IMG/VR virus record: IMGVR_UViG_3300017971_000250
Location: 1-64,000 of that record
Length of the DNA: 64,000 nucleotides
DNA from: a virus
Direction: 5' to 3' (one strand)
The translations under genes and the position numbers were made by a program. Under the pieces are notes generated by a model. It ran no database searches. It was not told where the DNA came from and saw nothing but the letters and a program-made list of their open reading frames with translations. Shown one piece after another: positions 37,490 to 47,330 of the stretch. How positions within the stretch are numbered: the first letter of the stretch is position 1; each line of letters begins with the position of its first letter.

Positions 37490-37825
37490 CTAGCGGGAGA
37501 GGAAGTAGATCAGGAGCGTTATCCCGCAAGGCAACAACGCCCCGAGCAGGCCCCACATGGCACTCATTCCCTTGAGCTTCAGCGCCAGCGGGGAGATCCG
37601 TTCCTCGACGCACTTCTGCTCAGCCCTCTGCCGTTCGAGCCGAACGGACGCGATCTCTCTCGTCCACTTGAGATCGAGCGTATAGATCGCCTCCAGAAGC
37701 TCCTGCTTTGCCTTAACCAACTCCTTGCCGCCATCGCTGATGGCGTCGCGTAAATCTTTGAGGTCTTCGGTGACGTTCTGCGCCCACTCACGCAGTGGGT
37801 CGTCCCTCGGGATTCCGTTCGGCAT
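37490..37825 (-). CDS. coiled-coil protein with C-terminal TM helix (possibly lysis-associated)
   Basis: C-terminal WGLLGALLPCGITLLIYFL; last gene of the lysis cluster. Confidence 0.6.
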   Translation of the reverse strand: MPNGIPRDDPLREWAQNVTEDLKDLRDAISDGGKELVKAKQELLEAIYTLDLKWTREIASVRLERQRAEQKCVEERISPLALKLKGMSAMWGLLGALLPCGITLLIYFLSR

Positions 37826-38279
37826 CGGGCGGCTCCTTCACAAGGTCGAGTAGCTCCTCCATCGGTCCCGGCCAGCGCGGATCTCCCGGGAGGGTCATGG
37901 CGAGGAACCAGGTGTCTACGGGGAACTCGGCGCGGTGCGCCGTGTTCGGTTCCAGAGTTATCGCTTCATGTTGCGCGACTCGCGTTTCGGTCCAATCTTC
38001 AATCGGGGTGTCGGCACGCCCCGAGCGAACAATCATCTCTCCCCTGATCACCGCGAGCACCTCGCGGCACGAATGCGTGTGGCTCGGAAAGACTGAACCG
38101 GCGCTGCAGAATGTGCGAGCGACTGCGCAGTCGTGATTCTTGAAGAGCCCAACGGAAAGCCCGGTCCCCTCCTCCATCTTGATCTGCTGAGCGAAGAGGT
38201 TGTTGCACCCAAGAAGCTCCGCGTAGTTTGGGATCTGTTTTGCCAGCCGCTCCAGCTTATCGATGCGCTCCGGGTTCAT
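37788..38279 (-). CDS. cupin-domain protein
   Basis: FPSHTH..REVLAVIRG...LEPNTAH; start MNPERID after GGAGGAG. Confidence 0.82.
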   Translation of the reverse strand: MNPERIDKLERLAKQIPNYAELLGCNNLFAQQIKMEEGTGLSVGLFKNHDCAVARTFCSAGSVFPSHTHSCREVLAVIRGEMIVRSGRADTPIEDWTETRVAQHEAITLEPNTAHRAEFPVDTWFLAMTLPGDPRWPGPMEELLDLVKEPPDAERNPEGRPTA

Positions 38280-38289
38280 CACTCTCCTC

Positions 38290-38607
38290 CTACAACAGCC
38301 CGTCCCAAAACCCGCGCCCGATCGACTTTCGGACCCGTCCCCTCGGGATGCCCCATACGACCGAGACACCCTTCGGGCCGCCCTGACGGAACGACGTGCG
38401 ATACTCGAAGCGGGTCTTGTCGGGGTCGTACTGCCGGAAGCGCAGGAAGTTGGCGGCGCGATCTAGACCGTCGATCCGGTAGTCGTGCTCGTTCAACCAC
38501 CTGCGCGCCCGGCTCTCATCCCAAAGGTCCCTGTCAAATAGGACGCTCTGAGCGTGCGTCTTGTTCGGAGCCGATCGTCCGACCCTCGGCTTCCCGATAT
38601 GGATCAC
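38290..38607 (-). CDS. hypothetical protein (QSVLF...A..WL..H...RFRQ.DP motif)
   Basis: Recognisable small viral domain motif; function unknown. Confidence 0.7.
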   Translation of the reverse strand: MIHIGKPRVGRSAPNKTHAQSVLFDRDLWDESRARRWLNEHDYRIDGLDRAANFLRFRQYDPDKTRFEYRTSFRQGGPKGVSVVWGIPRGRVRKSIGRGFWDGLL

Positions 38608-38610
38608 CGA

Positions 38611-38883
38611 CTACGACCTCCGCGTGACCTCGTTCTTGATGGTCAGCAACAGATTGTCCGACTTCGCCTGCGCCCACCGTGCGCGGATCGTGTTCCAGCC
38701 GACGAGCAGGATTCCCGCATCGGCCAGCAGCATATCGAGGAACGAGAACCGCCCCTCCATCATCAGCACCAGCGACAGCAGACCGAACGCGACCATTCCA
38801 AGGATCGCCGTCCAGCCGCTGCCCGTCTTGAACATCGCCGCGAACGCGGACCAGATTTCCCTTGGGCTCGGTATCGATGGCAT
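38611..38883 (-). CDS. holin-like membrane protein
   Basis: Two hydrophobic segments; directly downstream of the endolysin. Confidence 0.6.
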   Translation of the reverse strand: MPSIPSPREIWSAFAAMFKTGSGWTAILGMVAFGLLSLVLMMEGRFSFLDMLLADAGILLVGWNTIRARWAQAKSDNLLLTIKNEVTRRS

Positions 38884-38898
38884 TCCAGACCTCCCTCT

Positions 38899-39465
38899 CT
38901 AGACCCCGGTGTTCGAGGCGTTCGGGGTTCCGATTTCAATTCCCGGGCTCCACAGTCGTCGCGTGCCCAGGATGCGGTCGGTATCGTACTCTCCAACGCC
39001 GACCGCATTCTGCTGGTTGCCGCCTAGCAACAGCACCTTCCCGCCATCAAGCCCCGCGAAGAACCCGACGTGTCCCGTAGCATTGATCACCTCGGGACCC
39101 GGTTGGTTGCCGCCGCCCCGTTTCAGGACGACGACGTCGAAGCCGACGCGCGCGTCCGTGATCTTGATCACTGGCGTGCCGACCTGGAGCCAGGTCCGGG
39201 CGCGCAGCGACTTCGAGCGCGGGAGCCGTAGGAGCCACGCGACGTAGTTTACGAACGCGCTGCACCACGCGACCTCATCGTTCTCTGGCCAGTCAGCATC
39301 GAGCTTCAGCATCGCCAGCACCTGCGGGTTGTCCTCGCGCCCCGGGATCTCCTGGACCCCGACGAACCGTTCTGCTAGCTGATAGGCCGTCAGCACCAGG
39401 CCCTGCGGCTGCGGGGACGGCGGCGGCAGGAACCAGAACGGCGACATGGACATCCGTCCCGCCAT
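38899..39465 (-). CDS. NlpC/P60 (TIGR02594-type) endolysin
   Basis: EVAWCSAFVN, ARTW, GHVGFF, LGGNQ. Confidence 0.88.
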   Translation of the reverse strand: MAGRMSMSPFWFLPPPSPQPQGLVLTAYQLAERFVGVQEIPGREDNPQVLAMLKLDADWPENDEVAWCSAFVNYVAWLLRLPRSKSLRARTWLQVGTPVIKITDARVGFDVVVLKRGGGNQPGPEVINATGHVGFFAGLDGGKVLLLGGNQQNAVGVGEYDTDRILGTRRLWSPGIEIGTPNASNTGV

Positions 39466-39816
39466 CTAGTTTCCCCTTCCCGCCCCGGGAGGTGCGGGGG
39501 TCTTCCTGCCATCACCAGACGGACCGTCCTTCTTGGCGGCTGCGTCAATGCGATTTAGCTCCTTGAGCACCATCGCTTCGCAGACCTCCCGACCGCCGAG
39601 GATCTTGAGGTGGCGTTCCTGGATCTGTGCCAGGCGCGCCTGGAGCGCGCGCACCTCATTCTCGATCGCTGGCTCCTTCTCGATTAGCTCGTACCATTGA
39701 GCAACGAGCGACTTCAGCGTTTCGTTCGGCTGGTTGTCCTGCCTTTGCAGAACGGCTAGCAGCCGGTCGTCGCGCAGGATCGTTCTTGCCATCTGCTGTG
39801 GCTGATTTCGGTCCAT
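39466..39816 (-). CDS. coiled-coil hypothetical protein
   Basis: SD-led 116-aa ORF after the tail fibre gene. Confidence 0.65.
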   Translation of the reverse strand: MDRNQPQQMARTILRDDRLLAVLQRQDNQPNETLKSLVAQWYELIEKEPAIENEVRALQARLAQIQERHLKILGGREVCEAMVLKELNRIDAAAKKDGPSGDGRKTPAPPGAGRGN

Positions 39817-39833
39817 GACTTCTCCTCTCCTTG

Positions 39834-42800
39834 TTATGGGACGATCGCGTTCAGCGTAGCGTCGCCGATCGACCCGGTTCCAGAAACGCTCAACGACCCG
39901 TCGAGTATGTTACCAATGACCGTGCAGTATGCGCCGGTCGAGGTGATATCGTTCATGTAGGCACCACCAATGCAGCAGTTGCCGGTGATCGAGCAGTAAT
40001 TCCCGTCGTTGTAGATCGCGTCGGTACCGCTCGCCGTTCCGTGGTTTCCCGTGATCGTCGTATTCTGGCACGTGTTGTAGATAAACTTTCCGGCTGCGAT
40101 GTAGCCGCTGTTTCCCGCAATCGTCAGACCGTGATCCGTCGAGTAGTTGGTTTCGATTCCCCTTGTCAGGGTGCCGGTCCCGGTGATGTTGATATAGTTG
40201 TCACGAATGAACGCGTGGCCAGCGGTCAGTCGGATTCCGTATATCGTCTCCCCACTAGATGCGCTGCCGGTAAACTTGCAATCACTGATGTGCGTGTAGG
40301 TCGCGCCCGTCACGATGACCCCGCCTTGGGTTCCGCCCACACCGGTGACCGACGACTCGCACTTGCTAATATGCACAGTCTCGGCATTTGCGATTTGTGC
40401 AAAGATGCGGGCCGTGTTCGATTCACAATCGCGGATCGTGATAGTAGACGTGCCCCCTTCGATATTGAAGATCGTCGGAGTGACCGAGCCCGTGTTCCAG
40501 TAGAAGCGACAGTCCTCAACTAGGAGCCGGTGGAATTGGTAGGAAGCAGTGTCGGACCGGAAAACGGTCACGCCCGCAGGGTCCGTCATGCAATTAGAGA
40601 AGCGGCAATCGCTCACACGCAGGTTGTAGATCGATCCGCCGTAGGCTCCAACGAAGGTGCGCCACGGATAATCGTTGTAGCGATTCAGAATCCGACAGTG
40701 AAGAAACGCGATGTCCCACGTTGCCGTTCCAACATAGAAGAGGTTGCTGTTCACATACGATCCCGTGTGCTCGTAGACAAACGTCAGGTCGCGGAAGGTG
40801 ATGTTGGTGACGGACGGAGAGCCCTGCGTTCTGAAAAGCCAGCTCGGCGTGCCCGTCCCTTCCCAAATAATCGCGGCGGTGCCGAAGTCCGATTCGGTCC
40901 CGTATCCCCACCAGGCCGACTCGTCGGCGTGGCCAACACCCCGGATCGTCAATCCCGAGTGCTCGGGCCGGAGGTCGTAGCCGCCGAGGCCGGTGAGGTC
41001 CGTCGTACCGACGATCACGATTTCAATTTCCGGCCACTCCATTGACGTCAATTGCGCCCGGACGTCGCGCACCCAATTGAGCGCCTCGAATAGGTTAGCG
41101 AAGTCGCAAAGCGAATCTGGATCCGCCGAGGAGCCGACCGTGACGACGTGCCGCCGCCCGACGGTGCCGATGAACGGCCGCCCTGAACGAAGATCGGTCA
41201 CCGCCGAACTGTCCGTAACCGCCGCCCCCAGGACGAGCGTATCTCCGGCTGCCGGGTAGGCGGTCGCCTGCGTCGTCGTGGAGGTGATCGTCCCCGCGTT
41301 GGTGATGTAGATGTAGTTGGTCTGGTTCGTTGCGAGCGTAAGCTCCGTCGTGCCCGAATAGGTGTACCGTACCCCGTTCACAATCGCCGAGCCCGTGTTG
41401 ACCGTGACCTTCGGGGGGCTGCTGCCAGTGATCGAAAGCGCGAGGTCGTTTAGATTTTCCTGGACGCCCGATACCCGAAGCCCCGCAGACGCGGTGCGGA
41501 TTTCATCGATCGCCCCGAGCAACGACTGCGCGCCGGTATTGAGCTGCGTCCCTCCGGTTTCACTGTTGCTGCTTAGCGGGATCCCCGCGCTCGGAGTGAT
41601 GTACTGATCGTCGAGATAGAGCGGACCGGCTCCAGTGTCACCACGGAGCTTTGCTGGAGAGCCGCGCATGAGGATTTCGCCGTCCTCGATGCGGAGACCG
41701 CCACGCCCCACTCCGGTGTTCCGAATCCAGAAGTAGCGTTCACTTGGGTCGGAAATCTGCGCGACCAGGTAACGCAACGTGTTGTCGTAGTACATCTCCC
41801 AATAGCCACTGTTCCCGTAGAAAAATAGTGGTGGCGAACTCCCCGAAGGATTGATTCCGAGGAAAATCGGTCCGTCGGTCTTGATCCCAAAGACGCCACC
41901 GCCGCCATCGTTGCGCACTTCGAGATAGCTCTCTCCGCCGACCGCGTCGTTGCGGCGGATCGTGATACCGCTGCTCTCCGCATAGATTTCACGGTCAATG
42001 CTACTTGCCGCAAAGATGATTTTACCGCCCGGGTCGGCCTCGTCGTCGTCGCCGATGTAGAGGTTCGACCAGCGATCGTAGGGGGCCGAGTCGGTTTTCT
42101 CCCCCGCATGAAGCCGTAGCTGCGACCAAAGCTCCATCGTATCGGTGCTCGGGTCGTCGCCGACCTCCGTGCTCCCGAGCACGATTTCGACGTCGGTGAT
42201 TGTCTCCGAGCCGCCAACGACTAGGTCGCCGCTCATCGTGACGTCGCCGTCCTTGTCAACTTTGAAGACCGGCGTTCCCCCGGTATCGAGCACGCTGATC
42301 TGACGCTGGTCCGCCGCCTCCCCCGCGTAGACCTGGACCGCGACCTTGGCGTGTGCGTTGACCGGGTCGTACTCGATGAAGTCCTGCGCGAAGATGGCCA
42401 GGTCGCCGTGGAGGTTCTGGAGCGACAAATCGATCGAGGAGATTGTATTGCCGCTGGCCGCCGCCGTGACCTCGGCGAGGTACACGACTCCCGCGACCCC
42501 AGTAAGGTCCTGGACCGCCTTGCGTTTGATCTTCGGGCCGATCAGCAGCACCCGGTAGTCGGCAGCCGTCGTTGACGGGGAGTCCTGGCCTAGATGCGCC
42601 GTCGTGAGGATCGAGTTGTTCGGGTTGCTGTAAGTGACCGCAACCTCCTCGAAGGCCACGTCAGCGTCCTGGCTCTGCGGCCCCGGGCCGCCGTCCTGGA
42701 CCGACTTCAACCAGACCCGCACCGTGCGTCCGGAGTGATCGTAGCCTGACTCCAGGAGCGAATTGACCGTCACCCGGAGGCCGCCGCCTTCGACCGCGAC

Positions 42801-43229
42801 CGAATCCGGGGTGCCGAGCACGCCGATCTCTTCCTCGAAGTAGTCGTACTCGTACTCGCCAGTGCGCGGGTTCGTGACGACGCCCTGATCAGTCAGGGCG
42901 AACTCGAAGCCGAGGTGGTAGAGGTCGGTTGCCCCGGGGTCGGGCGGGATCTTGATCCCCTGGAGATACGATTCCCCCGCGCTGCCCTCCAGGAGGTGCC
43001 CGTCGCCATCAGTGCTAGCGAAGGCCGCAGCCGCCGCGATGTCGACCTTGTTCGGCGAGGCGCTGGCCGCGACGGTGACCTGCGTGTCGAACGCGCCGTC
43101 GCTCCGAAAGATTCTGCTCAGGGCGCTCTCGACCGCCCCGGCCGTGTAGTCGAGAACGCGGTCGCGCCAATCCTCCAGCGAGAGGATTCGCTTATTGAAC
43201 ATGTGGACCTTTTTGCTACCAGTCGCCAT
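39834..43229 (-). CDS. tail fibre/spike with C-terminal pectin-lyase-like beta-helix
   Basis: Follows the baseplate genes; C-terminal I.GN / V.DC.F beta-helix repeats. Confidence 0.78.
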   Translation of the reverse strand: MATGSKKVHMFNKRILSLEDWRDRVLDYTAGAVESALSRIFRSDGAFDTQVTVAASASPNKVDIAAAAAFASTDGDGHLLEGSAGESYLQGIKIPPDPGATDLYHLGFEFALTDQGVVTNPRTGEYEYDYFEEEIGVLGTPDSVAVEGGGLRVTVNSLLESGYDHSGRTVRVWLKSVQDGGPGPQSQDADVAFEEVAVTYSNPNNSILTTAHLGQDSPSTTAADYRVLLIGPKIKRKAVQDLTGVAGVVYLAEVTAAASGNTISSIDLSLQNLHGDLAIFAQDFIEYDPVNAHAKVAVQVYAGEAADQRQISVLDTGGTPVFKVDKDGDVTMSGDLVVGGSETITDVEIVLGSTEVGDDPSTDTMELWSQLRLHAGEKTDSAPYDRWSNLYIGDDDEADPGGKIIFAASSIDREIYAESSGITIRRNDAVGGESYLEVRNDGGGGVFGIKTDGPIFLGINPSGSSPPLFFYGNSGYWEMYYDNTLRYLVAQISDPSERYFWIRNTGVGRGGLRIEDGEILMRGSPAKLRGDTGAGPLYLDDQYITPSAGIPLSSNSETGGTQLNTGAQSLLGAIDEIRTASAGLRVSGVQENLNDLALSITGSSPPKVTVNTGSAIVNGVRYTYSGTTELTLATNQTNYIYITNAGTITSTTTQATAYPAAGDTLVLGAAVTDSSAVTDLRSGRPFIGTVGRRHVVTVGSSADPDSLCDFANLFEALNWVRDVRAQLTSMEWPEIEIVIVGTTDLTGLGGYDLRPEHSGLTIRGVGHADESAWWGYGTESDFGTAAIIWEGTGTPSWLFRTQGSPSVTNITFRDLTFVYEHTGSYVNSNLFYVGTATWDIAFLHCRILNRYNDYPWRTFVGAYGGSIYNLRVSDCRFSNCMTDPAGVTVFRSDTASYQFHRLLVEDCRFYWNTGSVTPTIFNIEGGTSTITIRDCESNTARIFAQIANAETVHISKCESSVTGVGGTQGGVIVTGATYTHISDCKFTGSASSGETIYGIRLTAGHAFIRDNYINITGTGTLTRGIETNYSTDHGLTIAGNSGYIAAGKFIYNTCQNTTITGNHGTASGTDAIYNDGNYCSITGNCCIGGAYMNDITSTGAYCTVIGNILDGSLSVSGTGSIGDATLNAIVP

Positions 43230-43241
43230 AGCTCCACCTCT

Positions 43242-44429
43242 CTACCCGCAGAAGCTGCTGGAGGTCGTGATCCCGTCTGGACCGTGGATCGCCCATCGTA
43301 GCGGCCGCCTCCAAACCTCCATGTTATCAATCTGATTGTTCTCCGTCGACCCCGCGCTGTTCCCGATGTAGATGGTTCCGTAGCGCAGGGACGTCGATTC
43401 GCCGCCCGACGGCGACTCGTACTGCAACACATCGTCAATGTAGACTTTCAGATACGGCGCGGGGTCGTTGATCGTCTCGATGCGTAGCTTGTAGAAAGCC
43501 CCCGGGACAATCGTGATTCCGCCAATCGCGTCTCCCGAGTAGATCGTTGTGGGGATGCCGGTTGCCCACCTTCGGATGATAATCTGCGGGGACGTGTCGG
43601 TGATCTGAATCGAGAGCAGCGAACTGCCCGAGAGCCTGTACCAGCAGACGAGATGGTCGTTTCCCGTCACCCCGAGCAGAAATTTGTGAACGATGGTGTA
43701 GTCCTGCAATTCGGTCACCGGGACGATCTCGATATTCGGTTCGTAGAAGCTCCCCGGGACGATATTGAAAACGCCGCCTTCAATGTAGGAGAGCGTCCCC
43801 GTTCGACGCGTCCATCGGTCCAACGACCCGCTGAAGGTATCGAGGAAGTCCATCAGGACCGCCTCGATGTACTCGTTCGTCGGGCGCATCAAGCCGATCA
43901 GATCCAGCAGCAGGATTTCGTCGATCGTGCCGTTGTCCATGATGCGTATCGTGGAGACGAACGGACTGCGTGGCGGGGTCTCGCTCGTGATAATCCAGGG
44001 ATCCGTGCCGATCTGATCGAGCCCGATCTGCGTTTCCCCGACGACGAAGCGGTAGTCAAACCAGTCCTGGTACATCGGCGTGCGCCCGGTGAATTGGATC
44101 CCGAGTGAAACGACACCCTGCCCCGTCCCCTTCTGCCGCCAGAACGGGACGGCCGTGTCGACCAGCTTTCGAAGCGTGGCGACGCTGAGCCGGTCCGTGA
44201 TCTCAGCCAGGTCGGCCGTGAATCCGACGTGCGGCAGCAGATACTTCACCAGCGCGTCCGGGCAGGCCCCGGGGCTGTCGGTATTCTCCAGCGACCGGAT
44301 CCGCGTTTCGGTTTCGTCGAAGTGATATTGCGGTCGCTCCAGGAGCGCCTGCAGGAGCCCGCCTCCTAGCTGCTCGTCGAGCGTGCGGAGCGCCAGGATG
44401 AGGGAGTCGTATAGGGTCGGCTTTTCCAT
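43242..44429 (-). CDS. baseplate wedge protein (P2 gpI-like N-terminus)
   Basis: CPDALVKYL...VG...RKLV...WRQKGT; follows baseplate J. Confidence 0.72.
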   Translation of the reverse strand: MEKPTLYDSLILALRTLDEQLGGGLLQALLERPQYHFDETETRIRSLENTDSPGACPDALVKYLLPHVGFTADLAEITDRLSVATLRKLVDTAVPFWRQKGTGQGVVSLGIQFTGRTPMYQDWFDYRFVVGETQIGLDQIGTDPWIITSETPPRSPFVSTIRIMDNGTIDEILLLDLIGLMRPTNEYIEAVLMDFLDTFSGSLDRWTRRTGTLSYIEGGVFNIVPGSFYEPNIEIVPVTELQDYTIVHKFLLGVTGNDHLVCWYRLSGSSLLSIQITDTSPQIIIRRWATGIPTTIYSGDAIGGITIVPGAFYKLRIETINDPAPYLKVYIDDVLQYESPSGGESTSLRYGTIYIGNSAGSTENNQIDNMEVWRRPLRWAIHGPDGITTSSSFCG

Positions 44430-46607
44430 CTAGGCCACCATCGTGAGGGTGATCGTCCCGATTGTCGGTAGCTCGCGCGCCGCCATCACCACGTCCGACG
44501 CGGGAGCCGTGAGCACGACGTTTCGTGGATACGGGGCCGTGCCCATGATCGCCGCGATGATTCGGCTGCGTGGGATGTCCTCGCCGAAGTCCCACTCGTA
44601 GGTCACGCCATCGCTCCTAAGCGCCCCGGCCGAGAGGAAGGTAGCGAGTGCCGATTCGATCGCCTCCTGCTCGCCGCCGTAGACCGTAGCCGTGACGTCG
44701 ATCGCGTGTGGGGTGTAGTTTGAAGCGGTCGCCTCGGTATTCAGGAGCAGCACGCCGCGCGTCGTCCGATCCGCCGTGCCATTGAAGTACTCCTCCAATT
44801 CGGTGAGGTAGTCGGTCGGCACCGTGGAACCGCCCGCGCCCACCACCACCACCTCGACCGTCTTGTCCCCGAAGCTCTCTTCGATCGCGAGCGCCCGCCC
44901 GAAGGGCTTGGTGCTGTCTGCGGCCTCGAAGTCCTTAGTCAACAGCTCGATGTCCTGCGGAGTGACGCCACGCCCCTGAACTCGTAGCTCGGCCGGGCCG
45001 GTGATCTTCGCTAGCTCCAGCCCCGCCTCCGTGGAGCCCTCCGCTACCGCGTAGCCGCTGGCCGCGCGCGGATTCGTGATCGCTCCGAGGTACGCATTAC
45101 CCGCACGGTTGACCGTGATCGTCCCCGCACCAACATTGCCATTCTGCTCTTCGAGCACACGATAGGCGGCGCTGATATTATCGGTCCCCGCATCGGGGGT
45201 CTTGCCGTTCGTCCCGTCGCCGAACTGGATCGTCGCTCGGCCGTCATTGTCAAATATCACCCGGAAGTGCTTGCTCTGATAGGTGGAGTTGATGAAGTTG
45301 TCGACCCGCGTCCACGCCTCGTCACCGCTACCCTCATCGACGTAGACGATCAACGTCACGTCGTCGATCACGGGATAGTTTGCAAACGTGAATTCCTGAT
45401 TTGCCATCCCGTCCGAGGAGCCGAGCGGATCCTCAGAGTAGGCTTGTCCCTGCGTCGCGCTCGATAGCAGGTAGCGGTCTCCGGTTGATGGATCATAGGC
45501 AGCAAGCGAAGGGATCGAACCGCCCGAGGCGCTGATCACCCGGAAGCGGATCCAGTAGGCTTCGACTTGCGCCCCCGTAGGACCAAGCAACAGCTTCTTC
45601 CAGTCCAACGTCGTCGTTTGCGGGAGCGTAAAGGAGAGCGATTTCGTCCCCGTGATCTTGAGCATCCCCGTCTCGTCGACGACGTCGGGGAATTCCTGCC
45701 AAAGCGAGCCGACGCTGTAGTCCTCGGTGTCGGTCGAGATCGTTGCCTGGCCTAGCTTGCCAGCCGTGTCGACCTTGTTGACCCCGCCCGAATAGTAGAC
45801 CGCGAGGTCGTCCTCGTAGGCCCCGGTCAGATTGCACTTCACCCGGACGAGTGTGCCTGTGCGATCGCTCGTACCAAGCCAGTCGTTCAATTCGAGCGTG
45901 ATGTAGGTCGTTTGATCCGTAACCGAATCGGGGGTTGTGTCTTCGAGGTCGCCGTCATAGTACTCCCAAACGCCCTGCGTGAGGCCGCTAGCGGCGGTGC
46001 TGACGTACATCGCCAGCGTGCTCCAGAGCATATCGGTGTGTCCGAAGTAGAGCAGGTCCCCGGCTTCAGGAGCCCCTGCCCATCCCGGAGTCACCGCCGC
46101 GCCGATGGTGTGCGTCGTCCATGTGCTCGTCGACTCATCATAGGAAAAGATGTCCGTAAGCTCGTCGGTCCGTGCTGTCGCAACATCTGTCAGCACCTCG
46201 AATTGGATCCCCTCCGTCTCGGCGGTCGCCTCAGTCGCAAAGGCGGAGTTGGCGGGGATCACCGTCGTCTGCGCGGTGAACTCGCGCGAAAGCTCGAAGA
46301 GTAGATCGGCGACGGCGGGGTTCGGCTGGTCGAGCGTGACGCCGATCAACGCCAGGTGCGCTGCGACCGAAGTCCGCAGACGCGCGGTCGTGATAAAGCG
46401 CTCGCGCGCAACGGCATCGAGCAGCACGTTGTTGAGGTGTGCCGCCAGTGCGACCGACCGCAGGATCTGGATGTAGGGTTCGGCGGGGTCCTCGTCGTCC
46501 AGGTCCGGGAGAGCCGTCCGGTTGTAGAGGATGAGGTCCTCTAGAATCTCGGGATAGTAGAAGCCCGAATACTCGAAGTCGGGAACTTCAATCGTGACCG
46601 ATGGCAT
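44430..46607 (-). CDS. baseplate J/gp47-like protein
   Basis: ERFITTARLRTSV..., IQFGDG.NGK.P, RGVT..DIE. Confidence 0.85.
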   Translation of the reverse strand: MPSVTIEVPDFEYSGFYYPEILEDLILYNRTALPDLDDEDPAEPYIQILRSVALAAHLNNVLLDAVARERFITTARLRTSVAAHLALIGVTLDQPNPAVADLLFELSREFTAQTTVIPANSAFATEATAETEGIQFEVLTDVATARTDELTDIFSYDESTSTWTTHTIGAAVTPGWAGAPEAGDLLYFGHTDMLWSTLAMYVSTAASGLTQGVWEYYDGDLEDTTPDSVTDQTTYITLELNDWLGTSDRTGTLVRVKCNLTGAYEDDLAVYYSGGVNKVDTAGKLGQATISTDTEDYSVGSLWQEFPDVVDETGMLKITGTKSLSFTLPQTTTLDWKKLLLGPTGAQVEAYWIRFRVISASGGSIPSLAAYDPSTGDRYLLSSATQGQAYSEDPLGSSDGMANQEFTFANYPVIDDVTLIVYVDEGSGDEAWTRVDNFINSTYQSKHFRVIFDNDGRATIQFGDGTNGKTPDAGTDNISAAYRVLEEQNGNVGAGTITVNRAGNAYLGAITNPRAASGYAVAEGSTEAGLELAKITGPAELRVQGRGVTPQDIELLTKDFEAADSTKPFGRALAIEESFGDKTVEVVVVGAGGSTVPTDYLTELEEYFNGTADRTTRGVLLLNTEATASNYTPHAIDVTATVYGGEQEAIESALATFLSAGALRSDGVTYEWDFGEDIPRSRIIAAIMGTAPYPRNVVLTAPASDVVMAARELPTIGTITLTMVA

Positions 46608-46608
46608 C

Positions 46609-47004
46609 CTACACCTCCACCTGCGCGACGCCGCTCAGCGCAGTCGCGTAGAGGATGCTGATTTCCTCCTCGCGCGTCGTTTCGAGATTGACGTAGCGCA
46701 CCTCGCAGTGAAGCTCCTGGCTCACCTGATCAGCGGTGAAGATCGGATATCCCTGCGAGAGCCGGGCGCGGCCCTCGCGCTCCAGCCGCTTGAAGAGCGT
46801 GGCGATGTTGCGCGAGATTCGGGCGCGCGTCGTTGGATCGTCGACGTCGAAAACCATCGCCGACCCGATCCCGATATCTTGGAACGGATTGGAGCTTTCG
46901 CAATCGGAGAGGTTGAGCACGATGACCTTGCGAAGCTGGTCCTCACCCCGGACCGTTTCGAGTCGCCCCGCACTCGCCTGTATTGGTATCCTTAGTCCCT
47001 TCAT
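46609..47004 (-). CDS. gp25/GpW-like baseplate protein
   Basis: Size and position directly before baseplate J; start MKGLRIP. Confidence 0.7.
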   Translation of the reverse strand: MKGLRIPIQASAGRLETVRGEDQLRKVIVLNLSDCESSNPFQDIGIGSAMVFDVDDPTTRARISRNIATLFKRLEREGRARLSQGYPIFTADQVSQELHCEVRYVNLETTREEEISILYATALSGVAQVEV

Positions 47005-47330
47005 TATGTCGTCACCGGGTCGAGGTTCTCGTAGACCTGAAAGGTCTCCCGGCTCGACCACCACTTCCCCGTGGGGAATTCGAGATAGGCTTGCATCTCC
47101 CAAGGCCCCGCTTCGTCGATATCACCGAGGACCGTCTCGTACTTCAGAATGCCGTCGGTGCCGTCCGTGTCGAACTCGGCCGTCTTCTCGATGATCGTTC
47201 CGCCCGGCTTCTTGAACCGAAACTTCTTGACCGTCGCCGCGCTGATGTTCTGAACGGCACCCTCCTCCATGATCCGGGCCTTGAGAGCGGTCCCGATATC
47301 TCCAACGTGGACTTCTTCGGTTGCGCTCAT
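47004..47330 (-). CDS. BppU-like Ig-fold virion protein
   Basis: GDIGT...DGTDG.LKY....DIDEAG.W..Q motif. Confidence 0.65.
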   Translation of the reverse strand: MSATEEVHVGDIGTALKARIMEEGAVQNISAATVKKFRFKKPGGTIIEKTAEFDTDGTDGILKYETVLGDIDEAGPWEMQAYLEFPTGKWWSSRETFQVYENLDPVTT

